A stretch of 63,640 nucleotides of DNA, filler included, from Choristocarpus tenellus KU-1152 (lineage: Eukaryota; Protista; Phaeophyceae), in assembly GCA_964200185.2 (NCBI GenBank). It is 7 parts of 7 records of this genome, joined end to end, with 100 filler letters (N's around TTAATTAATTAA, not from the genome) between each part and the next. Parts side by side here need not be neighbours in the genome. Positions count along the whole stretch, not along the records: positions 16,048 to 21,048 come from CAXNAD020012210.1; positions 21,149 to 28,025 come from CAXNAD020007158.1; positions 28,126 to 57,901 come from CAXNAD020000101.1; 4 more parts are not named here. One strand, written 5' to 3'. Shown piece by piece: positions 17,578-29,790 of the stretch. The number at the start of each line of letters is the position of its first letter. Within the stretch, counting starts at the first letter, position 1. Made by a program: the position numbers and the translations under genes. The notes below the pieces were generated by a model. The model was not told where the DNA came from, made no database searches, and saw only the letters and a program-made list of their open reading frames with translations.

Positions 17578-20500
17578 ATTTGAGGTCATCACCACTGCCA
17601 CTCCAGTTGAATCATAACCTGGCCTACCCGCACGCCCCATCATTTGGAGGATGGCTGACCTGATGCAGCAGCAATGCAACGGAAACGTGGCAGGGATGTC
17701 GCTCAAGCAAGCCTATTAGAATCATGTTTGCTGTAGAATAATCCCTTGTCCCTCACAGCTTCTTTGATATAGCTTGAAGAAGATTTTGTGGATCGTTGTA
17801 TAGTTGCTCTCGCCATCGTGTCACCTTGCTAACATCAGCTGAAGTCCGTGAATACTACCAAGAAAACCATACAATTGAAGCACACCCCCAAGCAGTGGTT
17901 GAAAAGGGCAGGTATGAAAGATGCGCAAAATGTTAAGCACTGATACCTGGGGAGCTCCTTGTATACATTAGTCCCTCTATAGTGGTTTGTGCCTTTGATG
18001 ACGACCAGGCGTGCTGGAAGGTTTAGCCCAAGAGCAAGTGTTGTTGTTGCAACCAGTACCAGCAAGCTGCCGATGAAGGGTAGGTAAAAATGGAGCATAA
18101 TATTGAAATCTATCATGCTTAAGGAAGTAATACAGAACAATGAGTGTGATACAGGAGAATAAAAAACTTGGGACTACACAAGCAAAAACACGCAAGACAC
18201 AAACAGTGCTTCTGCTCAAAACTTGGTGAGAGCATAATCTAGCTTAAGTATATCTGTTTGCATGTATAGCCCAGGCAAGTGGCCCCTAATTTAGGCCGCA
18301 CAATGTTCTAAAACAACCCATTGTTGTTGAGCACGGAATGATACCCAAGCACATTGTGTCACCATTGTCCGAATCATATGCATGCAGTGACATACCACCA
18401 CTTCTCATAGAGTAGCCACCAAACCATCATTACATATGACTTTCCTTGCCTGCCTGAGAGGAAGGCCCTCTCCACTAGACCCCTGTCAGAGGGTGAGAGT
18501 GATGAGTTGTGGATGGCTACACCTCTCAGGAGAAGTTTAGCGAGAGTGGAATCCTCTGCCTCCTCAGCAGCCCGTGTGAGGTACTGGATCATGACCTGGA
18601 GAGGTTATATACAGATAAAAAAAGGAAGTCTGCACCAAATAGAAAGGAGGACGTAATATGTGCAACAAAAGTTCTTCTTCAACATTCAAGGCAGGAATCG
18701 TGTCAATAAGCAAACAATAACTGCTCACAGGAGTTTATGGGGCATCGTATGATATATCAAGGAGTCGGTAGTGTGTGAAAATCCATCACTATGGCTAATT
18801 GAAAACCCATTGGTGTATGCTCTCGGAGGGGAAAATTGCTGGACATCCGTACATAGATCATAGACATCGGCTGAGATATCGAGCAAGATTGTAGGTGGTC
18901 TGTATTGAAGGGTAGAGATATTTTCTGATAGGGCGTTTGTCCTCTTCACTGCATATGTGTGTAGGGCACTAGGGAAATATGGTTGATGACAAGAAAACCA
19001 CACCAAATTGATTCATCAGGTGGTCTGGGAAAACCACTCAAGTGTGTAGCGTACCACAACTATCCTTACACTGTATACACCTATACCTGGGATCCACTTG
19101 CACGAGAATAATCCTTTTCCTGTGCTAGCATCCCAGCAAGAACTTGAGTGTCTTTCTTACTTCCACAGAATATCAGGGATGGCTTACCCCCGGAGTACCT
19201 GCCACATATGCAAAAAAAAACACCGATTATATTCCGGGCAAGGTGCTCAAAGCCTCACATTAATAAGAAGAGTTTTAATTATTGAGCATCAAGCACACTA
19301 TCTCAATAAGGAAAAAGATGCAATGTTTTGAACCCAATAACGAGAAAAAAAGGAAAATATAAGTATCTGTAGTATTGTATGGTGAAGGTTCAGATGTTAA
19401 TATAAGTAGAAGTCACAGTTTTGTAATCCTCTATCAAGCAACTTAGGTATTGTGGTCTAAGAAGATCACATCTTCATTTGTCAGCGAGTATGCTCTCTTT
19501 CCATTCAAAAAGATTTTCTTGATCTCTTTGGTGTGTGTTCAGTGATGGTCACCCAACTGTTGTGTCCTGCAAAGTCGGAAAGCCTTCTAGAGCTAGATCT
19601 ATGTTCATACACAAGGTGATATGAGAACCCACACCAGGAACCAGCCCTTTCACATGCTTGCACTCCTCCACACTAAAACCATAGAAACCTATCAATGACC
19701 TTCATCCAGACCCTGAGTCAAGAAATTGTAGAGTTGATCCTTTTCTTCAAGAATTTACTCAGGGTGTCTAGAAGAAATACTCATTGTGTTCCAGGTTCAG
19801 CAATGTCAACAAAAATAATGCTCCCACAAATAAATGAAGAATAAATACAATATAGCTGGTACCTCAAAGAAAAAATTCACAACCCATAAGAAAACACCTA
19901 GTCTAGTGGGGGAGGCCCAGTGATATATTCAAAACTGTTCCAGACTGATTTTTGCATGTGCTACATGCTGAATTGAACTGCAACTCATGGTTGTAGTATT
20001 CATGTTTACCCATGCAGTCACACTTATCAGTCCTAGACTAGTTGAATGACCTAATGGCATGAACCTTTGTTGATTTAATAATAAAGTAATACACCATTAA
20101 AGTTACCCTCCTTGCCTCACCTGGCCACCACGCTGGGAACATGCCTATTGAGGCCACGATCAAAAAGGTATGGGTTGCTGCCGCTGCGGAAACCCACAAT
20201 GTGTGCCTTTCAAAACGTCATCAAAGAGGACAGAGATACAACCACACCATTCTAGGTTAGGTCTAACTTATCTAGATCAGAGCATTGGGCAAATGCTTCT
20301 GCTGATATCCCGGAATAATTCAGTGGTATATTCAGCAGGCATCCCATAGACCTGCAATGCATGCACCCAGCTTGTACCTCTTCACAGATACTCTAGAGCC
20401 CCAGTAGTAGAGCTCTAGCAGCTATTAAAGGTCAGAATCGAAGATTTTCCTTCAGGAAAACAAAGAGATAGGAAATATTTCGCCCGAAGGTGTAATCCAC

Positions 20501-20759
20501 ATTCAATTTATATTTCTCATGCTTCATTTTTATTTGTAAGTAACCCCTGAGCAGGTGTAGTTCCTTCATGTCAAGGCATATATATACGCATATATATATA
20601 TATATATATGTCGCTCACCTGGAGCGGCACTGGGCGGTACTCATCACCAAATTGGAAAACCTCCGCCTCAATGAATCTTCCTATATCTGTTGCATTGGGG
20701 AGTGTGGCAGACAAGGCGAGGATGCGCATGCGTGATGCAGGTAGTCCCATAGAGACCAC
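17578..20759 (-). CDS. MER3: MER3/HFM1 meiotic Ski2-like SF2 DNA helicase, partial; exons 20619-20759, 20121-20206, 19087-19198, 18450-18595, 17947-18066, 17578-17659
   Basis: Phase-consistent splicing gives RMRILALSATLPNATDIG (motif III)...FGDEYRPVPLQ/AHIVGF..NPYLFDRGL../RYSGGKPSLIFCGSKK (IV)../GVAIHNSSLSPSDRGLVERAFLSG/SLLVLVATTTLALGLNLPARLVVIKGT (V)../ILQMMGRAGRPGYDSTGVAVVMTS (VI). The FGDEYRPVPL, YS.GKP.L.FC and G.AVVMT contexts favour MER3 over Brr2/ASCC3. One intron is GC-AG. Confidence 0.88.
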
Positions 20760-20866
20760 CTGATACCCATCCAATGGGAATTTAAAAAAGATATGAATGA
20801 GAGATATTGATATGTAAAAGAGGGCATACTCGAGATTATTGACTACTCAAAAGCTAGGCACAAAGT

Positions 20867-21043
20867 GGCTCAAAGTAACTGGGGAGGGGTGGTGACTGTC
20901 CATTTGGGGTCAATTTTTCATGTCACGATTTTTGGGTGATTTGGTTGCATTTGTCGGATGGATAATGTAAATGCACTTTTTTCTGATTTTGGACCAAATA
21001 GACACCATGGTGTAGACCTCCCCCCCCCCAGATACTTTCGGTC
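20867..21043 (-). mobile_element. MITE family A copy (177 bp)
   Basis: GGCTCAAAGTAACTGGGG...CCCCAGATACTTTCGGTC, a reverse homologue of 57-248 and 59133-59310. Flanks agt/tgt would be an imperfect 3-bp TSD. Confidence 0.85.
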
Positions 21044-21148
21044 TGTCTNNNNNNNNNNNNNNNNNNNNNNNNNNNNNNNNNNNNNNNNNNNNTTAATTAA
21101 TTAANNNNNNNNNNNNNNNNNNNNNNNNNNNNNNNNNNNNNNNNNNNN

Positions 21149-22906
21149 AGGCCCCTGAATGGTTTAAAGCAAGCCTCTAGGACTTGGAATGCTAAGCTGG
21201 TTTCCACCCTTAAGCGTAATGGTTTTGAGCAGTGTTTGATTGACCTGTGTATATTTAGACTCAAGAGGGATGGTGTTGTCAAGATAATCCTTGCCATTCA
21301 GGTAGATAATATGGTGGTTTTGGCGTCTGGTAAGGATTACAATCATCTTTGTGCCTCCCTGAACGAAGAGTTTCCCACCAAAAACGTTGGCTTGTTGTCT
21401 CAGTTTTCTGGTTGCACTTACACAAGTGATTGAAAGCGTGGTACCCTCTCCATTCCCCAGGCTAATTACATTGACAGTTTGTGCGAACGCTTTCTCACCC
21501 AATCAACAAGTCCCGTCCCTACTGCCCCTTCTAGAAAGCTGGGAATTAGGAAGGGAGATACCCTGTCGGAGGATTGCCCTTTTCATGAGGCAGTTGGGGG
21601 GTTGATGTGGGTTAGTAGTAACATGACCATGCCAGATGTTGCTAATGCAGTGAGAGCTGTAGCCCATCACTCGCATGCTCCAAGGTCGTGTCCGTTGGAG
21701 AGCTGTGACCCAGACCCTCAGGTACCTCGAGGGAACGCAGGAGTTGAGCTTAACCTGTGGGAAAGGAGCAGGATTGAAACTAGTGACCTATGCTGATGCA
21801 GACTTCGCCAATGAGACTTTTGACAGACGTTTTGTATCAGGGGGNNNNNNNNNNGGAGACGTCGCCAGTGAGTCGTTTGACGGAGGTTTTGTATCAGGGG
21901 GGGTAATGATGTGTGGGAGGGGGGCAGTAGCCTGACTTTCTAAGACCCAGCATGTCATTGCACAGTCCACTGCAGAGGCTGAGTACATAGCCAAGGGGGA
22001 CTGTGTGAAGGAGGTGTTGGTTTTGAGAGGTGTGTTGGAGTTTGTTCGACCTGATGTTTCTGGATCTTGTTATGCGGTGTATGAGGACAACACAGGGGCC
22101 ATCCATTTGGCAAACAACCCTTTTAGTTCTGGCAGGACCAAGCACGTAGATATGCGACTCCGTTTCCTGATAGACTTGGTTGCAAATGAGTCAAAGTATC
22201 TTAGAGGGTAGAGCCGCGTCCATTTGGGGCCAAAATCCAATGTTACGATCTTGATGTAATTTTGGCTATCATGTTTGTTAGGAAATGTCAATATCCTTGT
22301 TCTGGACATATGCATGATATCGACTCCAAAATATATACATTTGACCTACTCCAAAACATTTCGGATTAGGGAAATATCATTAAAAATATATATGGGAAGC
22401 CAAGTCCCAAACGGACAAACAGGGCAAAACTCGTACCCTCTCAGATACTTTCACTCAAATGAGCAAATACAGATCATTCATGTTAACTCAGATGAGCAGC
22501 ATGCAGATGTGCTGACCAAACCTCTAGCAGAGGAATCTTTTTTGAGGCGTGCAGGGGTTTTGCTGAATTTAGACTATGTTTAGTGGGTTGTTTTTCGTTG
22601 GATTTTGAATTCTTCGTGTCCATTTGGATTTTCTTCTTCAGTGAGTTCAATACCTAGTTGTGTCTATTGGCCACTCAGAGTTGTTTGAGCTAGGGAGGGT
22701 GTTCGAATAGACTCCCTCCAATTGTGATGGATATCACTAGTAGTACACATGTAGAGTCAGAATACGAGAATTATTAGTTGGATAATCCATCTTTGTTCTT
22801 GTATATGAACGGATAGGTTGGAATTCATTCAATCAAATGTGGTATTTTGGGGTTGTACGGTCGCCCCCTCTGTTTGGGAATAATCACCCTACAATATTTG
22901 GCAACA
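21149..22906 (+). mobile_element. Ty1/Copia LTR retrotransposon 3' fragment (RT C-half, RNase H, PPT, probable 3' LTR), decayed
   Basis: Motifs LNGLKQASRTW, LAIQVDNM (YVDD), PDVANAV, TYADADFA..DRRFVSG, STAEAEYIA, YEDNTGAIHLANNP..GRTKHVDMR and QHADVLTKPL, with stops and frameshifts. PPT agggaggg at 22692-22699 is followed by TGTT at 22700. The LTR end (AACA 22906) is approximate. Confidence 0.92.
22188..22456 (+). mobile_element. MITE family B copy (269 bp), 4-bp TSD AAAT, inserted in Copia RNase H
   Basis: aaat-GAGTCAAAGTATCTTAGAGGGTA...TACCCTCTCAGATACTTTCACTC-aaat. Removal restores DLVANE/QIQIIHV. Confidence 0.93.
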
Positions 22907-24299
22907 CTCCTATATTTTCTCTTCTACCCATACATGAGCCAGGGGATACTTTAACACTATACACTCCATACACCATGACAACAATCTCTTCTAGGCATGT
23001 GTGTGCACGGGGTAATGTCTCATAAGGTGTTAGAGATAGGAAGACGGAAAACAAGGACGATAATCATGACCTCAACAAGAAGAGGATTCCAACGTATTAT
23101 AGGTCTTACATAAAATCTTGTTTCGAGAGAATGTCACATATTACGGCAACATTAAATGCCCACTAACTTGCTACTTGAAGATAACTAATGATGGGTTAAT
23201 ATGTCGTGTATCGCGATTTTTATGTGGTGTGATTTGCAACACCGGTACAAAATACATTATGTTAATGTGCAGTGTATCATAATTATCCAGTAGGACAACG
23301 AAAAACGAACGAGTGCCAAACGCACTTGCTATACCTGAATAACATAGGCTAAGGAAATATTGTTGTTGGTCAAAGACCGCAAAACACCGACATAAAGGAT
23401 GTGGATGCCTGAAGCATGTAATGGGATGATAATTGATCATCATCCAAACATGAATTCCACATCAACTCTTACAACATTTAAACTAATGACATAAGATTGT
23501 ACTCAATTGGTTGGTACATCACGTCAGAACCAAAGCTGTACTGTGAAGTGGGTTTATCTGTAAAACGTGTTTTTGTTGTGATATATTTGTTGCCAGTAGT
23601 GGCCACATCATTGGAAGAAAGGTGACTAGGGCACACAGGAGTGGAACGGAAGGTGTACTAAAGTGCTGTGTGGTGTATATTGTGCATGGGGCTTGGCTTG
23701 GTATTATTGTTATTTAATGTTTGCCACACGGCGGACAAACAAAACGGAACATTGTCCTCTCAAGTAGCTCCAGAATTTCCCCAAACAAATCAAGACCGAT
23801 TTCCTCCACAATGTGCGGATTCTTGCTTCTTACTGTGAGGTGTGTTGTGGAGGACTGTTCTTGTACTCCATAATATTCTTCATCACTTCTAATATTGTTA
23901 GGGGGACAACCCCCGGAGTAGTCTATTTCCCTCTTCTATTTGAAATTAAAAAAAAAAAAACTAGAGATGACTGGCCTAGGTGGAAGTGGGTAGTCGCCTC
24001 TAAAAGGGTCATAAGAAGATCAGAATCGACACCAAAAAAAAAATCAAGTAGGTTGCAGGGAGAGAGAACGGGTTTTGAAGATTTGGTTACATAATTTTGA
24101 ATCAGATATGGATGTTAAGTTCTGTGTAAAGGTTAACGATTGTACCTTCATGTCATATCTGCATTGTAATGTAGTGTATGTGTAGGATTGGATGACTAGG
24201 GAGAGAACATGGAGTTGTACTTGGGTGCGTGGTGGAGTGAAGGCACTACGGATATTAATTCGCAAGTTGGTCACGGTAACTCTCTGATTCCATTTCCTT

Positions 24300-26899
24300 T
24301 ATCATTACAAACGCATCTTGCCCACAACATCACTTGGAGTCCCTTTCTTCTGAAGACACACACATACATGCTTTCCACGACAACAATCATAATTGTCAGA
24401 GTGTCCATTTCCATGTTCTCAGTTATAGTTTACCTTTATGTAGCACAAGGCTTTGTTAGACCGATTTTCTTTCTACAATGCATGTCGTACAGGGCTATGT
24501 TTAGAGTCCGCCCATTCCCTCTGCGCAACATACATCATTATCCAGGACAAAAAATGATGTGCCACATTTTCCTCGATGATATCGCATTTACTGGTTCGGA
24601 GTAGGACTAAATATATACTTGGAGTACACGATAAAGTTCGGGGACATCATTACTTTGTAAAGGCAACCATATATCCATGCCTAACAGGGGTGGTTGTTGC
24701 AGGAAAGGTCTTGGTGGTCACCGCGTATCACAAGTGTTTTTGACGGGCAAAAACAACCAAAATTTCTCGTTGGGGGGAAGAGCATTTTTCGTATGCATGC
24801 GTGTCGAAAATGCTAGTTCATTTTACTCCTGTAGCTGCTATACAAATTGTTTTGTTCCATGAGCTTAGCAATACTAAAGAATATGACATTTTTGGTGCTG
24901 CTCCACTCTACCTCCTTCGCTACCGGGCAATGTAGACCCTTACTTCCTCGTAAGTAGACCCCACAAATTTGGGAGACATGCCCCCTAAGACCACCCTGAA
25001 CAATATGGTTCGAATAATTATATGTACCCACTGTCCTGCATTTTGAGGGAGGTTGGAGGGGAAATTGTGGTTAGAAGTCTAGCGAGATGCAATGCCTCCT
25101 CCTCACAGCTAGTTCTTTGGATTACTTGACTACTCACTGTGGGGGGGTGTGAATAGACGAATGAGTACTCCTCAATATTTGCATATAGTTAACAAGGCAC
25201 TGGAGTATCTTAAGTGGAATGTATAGTACGTAGAAACATAGCAAGAACTACTTGTTACTGGTCATCTGCAGCTGCCACTTACTTGGTTGCTTCTTCTCCT
25301 GCTTTCTAATGTTGTTGTGTTGGAACAAACCACGGACAGGTGTAGCAGCAACCGTCATTATGATGATGACTACTAGAATAATAATATGAATACTACCGCA
25401 CTATATATGGTGCTACACTCATATACATATTCGCATCACTTTCCAACAGTGGTGATATGCATACCACACTGAGGATGCAACCTGTCCTGAGTGAAAGTAT
25501 CTTAGAGGGTACGATTTTGCCCTGTTTGTTCATTTGGGGCTTGGCTTCTCACGGTGTTTTTTATGACATTTTACCTACTCTCAAATGTTTCAGAGTAGGT
25601 GAAATGTGTACGTAATAAAAAAAGGTGTCCAGAATAAGGGATATTGACATCTCCTAACAAATATGATAGTCAAAATAATATCAAAATTGCAACATTGAAT
25701 TTGGCCCCCAAATGGATGCGACTCTACCCTCCAAGATACTTTGACTCTCCTGTGAAGTGAGTAGGAATATGAGACAAAAATGAAACCATTGGAGTGGAAG
25801 GGGCTACGCAGCTGGTAAGAATAGCCAGCCACCACATTGTGTCAGACACCACAATGCTATCACGTTCTAGGCTATCGCAGCAACACCAGGTATTCATTGT
25901 AAACATTGGTGACAGCACTAACCAAATGTCCGCTGTACAATCTCTGGGTCAAATGATTGGAGTCCGTGCTGTACTCTACAATGATATACCAGGAAAATTC
26001 CGTAACAAATGTCTTCCATAGCATATACATTGTGTCCGGGACAAGAATCAGGCAGCGTGCGTTTCCCTTCTTGTAGTTGTGTACTATCAAAGACAGGGCT
26101 GAGTAGAGCCCACCGACTATATTCTATGTTACTTTGTCCACAGGACAACATCAGGGGGCCGGTTGATCTCTAACACATGCTGTTCAGAACATCTCTGGGA
26201 GACTATTGTTTCCTCTGGAAGATACGTTAAGGTAACAATGCTCAACTCGTTACACCGATTTCGCCCTCCCTTTGCCTCTGTAGTCCATTTTGCTTGTCTA
26301 GACAATGCATTGATTGTACTGTGTGTTGTACTGTACTACTTCAAAGTGTTATAATACACTACTTTAATTTAGTTTGATGTAGTTGGAAACAACCTCACAT
26401 AAGCCACAAAACAAAAGAAACAAATCTGCAAGTGAAATAGATGGAAACAGGACTGCAGGTTCTTCAGACTGAAGAGGAACTTCTTCCGCCATGAGAATCT
26501 GAAAAGGATTCTCGATTGTATGGAACGTGTTGTGTCGTCTACTTGATCAAACCATATGCCAGTCAGAGTGATGTGGCATACGTATATAGGGTAAGTGTGG
26601 TGCTCAAAGTACGGGCGATGTACTAAGAATTTCCCCCGAAGTACTGTTAAAGCACTCTCCCGTTTCAGAATAATTGCCGTCGTCGCCACTGTGAAACAGA
26701 TAGAAACAGGCCAAGATGTTCTTCAGACTGATGGGGAACAGGAAGATCCACAGGAGGAAGGGAATGGAGAGAACAAGGCAAGAGGGAGAGCAATCCCTCA
26801 GAAGATCACTCAAAAATAATGATCAAGCAAAAAGAGCGGGGTTTGCAAGGTCCATTCAGACCACCCGATATTTACTTCAAGCAGAAGGTCATTTCAACA
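24300..26899 (-). mobile_element. Highly decayed Ty3/Gypsy element related to 58002-60796 (5' LTR about 26690-26899, PBS 26675-26688, pol traces)
   Basis: The reverse strand of about 26450-26790 aligns by eye with 58010-58310, including an identical PBS tggcgacgacggca. LTR ends are TGTTGAAA...TTTCACA. Weak RNase H-like (IEYSRWAL, STDSNHL) and GPY/F-like (SPKFVGSTY) traces lie downstream. The left boundary is uncertain. Confidence 0.65.
25489..25747 (-). mobile_element. MITE family B copy (259 bp), 4-bp TSD TCCT
   Basis: tcct-GAGTGAAAGTATCTTAGAGGGTACG...CTACCCTCCAAGATACTTTGACTC-tcct, a reverse homologue of 22188-22456. Confidence 0.93.
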
Positions 26900-29499
26900 T
26901 GCAAAAGCAGATCCCATATGAGGAACAGACCTTGAAGGTAGGCCACCTTAAATATATACCTCAGTTGGATGATAGCTCTCACATGCAATCAATTTTAAAT
27001 GAGGGAATGATAACATACACAAGAAATGAAAGTGCTATTACGTGCACATTTTATATATCAGGAAGCTAACTGTTGTAGAAACACGGACACAAAGCGGGGA
27101 AAAGCAGGTCCAATCGCTATTGCTCAACTTACCCCATGAGACACCGCTACAACACCACCACCACAAAACAACAAAAAAACAGTCACCCGTATCTATCAGC
27201 TCCATATACCCACGACAGGTATTAATTGATGTGCCTTCACCACAACAAGTGGTATGAGGGAGGGTATCCAAGCACAAATCGGTTCCTATGTACAGTGAGT
27301 GGTAGGGGCTCTTTCATTAGTCCCACTCCGTTCCAACATACACAAAGAAGATCAACAGCCAGCTGGAAGGAGTGTGTTCAAAATGTTTTATTGCTCATAA
27401 TGATTATTGCTTCATGTGCTCCGTGAGCATAACTAAGCAAGGAGTGACGTGTTCGTATGTGAAAATAAATTATTATATCCAGTAGGTACTCTTCTTAGGG
27501 GAAGAAGAGTGGCCTCAATTCGTTAAACCATTTCGTAGAGGAAGAGTTGTGCCTGCCATTATTAATAAAGAGTTTTCATATCAGCCCACAAGTAAGTAGA
27601 CATCTGTTTTAGTGAGGTAGATATACGCTATGGTAGTAGAGGTTCAAAGCAGGTAGGTAGGTGTTAGGAAGGTGTAATATACGACCAGGTAATAAAAAAG
27701 CACACAATACAATGCTAGATCAATTTCCTATTGTTTTGCTATTATTTTATTATGGTACTCATCCATCCATAGAACACGTACACAGATAGAGCTCATTGAT
27801 ATTCTACATAGTAAGAAATTCCTATCAAAGAAGTCTTGACTGACCGAGTAAGATGTAGTATCGCAACACTTACCAAAAAAGTTAAGGTGAACAGGTTCCT
27901 AACTTCACCATCAACAATAACGCTACGGTACACAAAACCTCCAATAAAATATCCAGACTATTCCAAATTGTTTCGGTGACTACGCAAGTAGCATTATCTC
28001 GGCGAGTCATGCGTTTTAAGCTAGANNNNNNNNNNNNNNNNNNNNNNNNNNNNNNNNNNNNNNNNNNNNTTAATTAATTAANNNNNNNNNNNNNNNNNNN
28101 NNNNNNNNNNNNNNNNNNNNNNNNNGTTTGGGTGTGGGATTGATGAGGGGTATGGCTTGGGGGGCAGTGAGGGGCTTGGGTTGGAGGGGGGACGGAGGGA
28201 GTGCTGGTGGATAGAGCTTGCTTGTGTAGCCTAAATTATGAGTCCTACTCCTGAGCATGCCACAGCAATTGTTTGCACAGGAATTTTGTGCTTGTCCTGT
28301 TTTCTTAGTGTTATGAATTGGAACTGAAGAGTGTATGAGTAGAAACAAAATTGGCTCAAACAAAAGATACACTCAACTAGAGCCCTGGAGGTGGTTTCCT
28401 GGGGTTAATCATTGACTTTGAGTTACTCATTTTGATAGTGGCAATGGAAGGTAGTCCCCATTTTCCAGATAGATCAAGCATTTAGTAAGATAAGGCGCCT
28501 TTGCATAAAATCCAGAATTGTTCAAGGGGCAAGTCCTTGACTCAGTAGCCTTCATTCCTCACTTATTGCAGTTCAGTCGCAAGCTTAATCTTGGTCACAT
28601 CAAAACAAGCTCTTGGTCTTTTTCATCCCACCATTCACCTTCCTTGTCAATATTCTCTATACACAGGAGGGCAAGTCTAGATGATGGGTCGATGTCATAC
28701 TCATGATATCAGTACTCACCCTAACCCCACCACCCTCAGAGTAACCGGTCAAGCACACTCATGACTCATGCAACTGTTTAGTGAATTTTCTTGTGTGGTT
28801 TACATACTCTGAAGTCGGGACCCCCCCCCCAAATAGTCGACCCCTTGTATTGGGATTTTGATCAATAACTTCATGGAATCACAGTGATTGAATTGCTATG
28901 ATTCAGAACATTCTCAGAAGATTCTTGGTTCTGCTCTTTTTCTTCAGGTGTTTCCATATTCCAGACCACCCCCTGAGACAGAAAGACAGAGAGTGCGGAT
29001 ATATATATTTTCTAATGTTGCAGATTTGAAATAGAAAAACTTCCAGAGTGAACTTAACGCATTTTGAAGATCAGAATGGCTAAATACCCCAATAGTACCA
29101 TTGCAAACCTTGAACAAATATTGATTGACACATGCACATAGCACCAGACATTTTCAAAATGTTAACTCATGCGGAGTCCATCTGATGGGTAAGCCCATCT
29201 TATGGGTCTCTTGTTCCATCATTCTGTTGAGATATTGACATACCGACATTCATGTTCATGTTTCATGTTCATGTTTCATGTTCATGCTTAAGGATTCATC
29301 CTTTTTTTTGTTAGAGAGAATTTGGAGCATACTTTCCTGTACGGGATCATAAAGGTGTGGTGAGGTTTTCTTGGCACAATCAACCTGACCTTCCTTACCA
29401 CCACTCTCCCCCCCAACATGTGCCATTTTCTCGTACTTAAGCGGTGTGTTGACTCAGGCTGCACTATAGTTGGTGAGGCATTGGCTGGCAGTTGCTTCA

Positions 29500-29790
29500 A
29501 AACTGGGAGCACTGAGTGATTGCTGTAATGAGAAAATGTCACTTTTTGAAACGGTTGATGGCACGAAGGGTAGTCATTAACCCTTTAAGTTATGCACACC
29601 ATAGCACCAATGTCACACTGACTGCTGACCTATGCAACATTGTTGACAATGGAGATAGGTCTAAGGCTGAAGAGAAATTTGCTCGAGATAAAGCTTGTAG
29701 TACATCATTGTGTGTCACACCATATGGTGTAATAATCAAGCTGTGTTCTACCAACAGGCCACACTCCCACAGAGGGCGTGTCAAATAGGA
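29500..29790 (+). pseudogene. Possible hAT transposase relic
   Basis: FLKRLMARRVVI...LTADLCNIV...ARDKACSTSLCVTP loosely resembles the hAT segment after TRWNS up to the T.S.V.P motif. Weak by-eye match only. Confidence 0.25.

Noticed and set aside
22180-22463. 8-bp TSD (CAAATGAG) implying a hAT/P-type MITE
   Set aside because: GAG and the final C belong to the TIR in other copies, and 25489 and 58820 show only 4-bp duplications.
22275-22583. ORFs running through MITEs (also 116-412, 58856-59104, 59201-59548) as genes
   Set aside because: They are chance read-through of non-coding MITE sequence into retroelement frames.
27460-28025. Integrase core traces
   Set aside because: Weak motif echoes occur on both strands and are mutually inconsistent.
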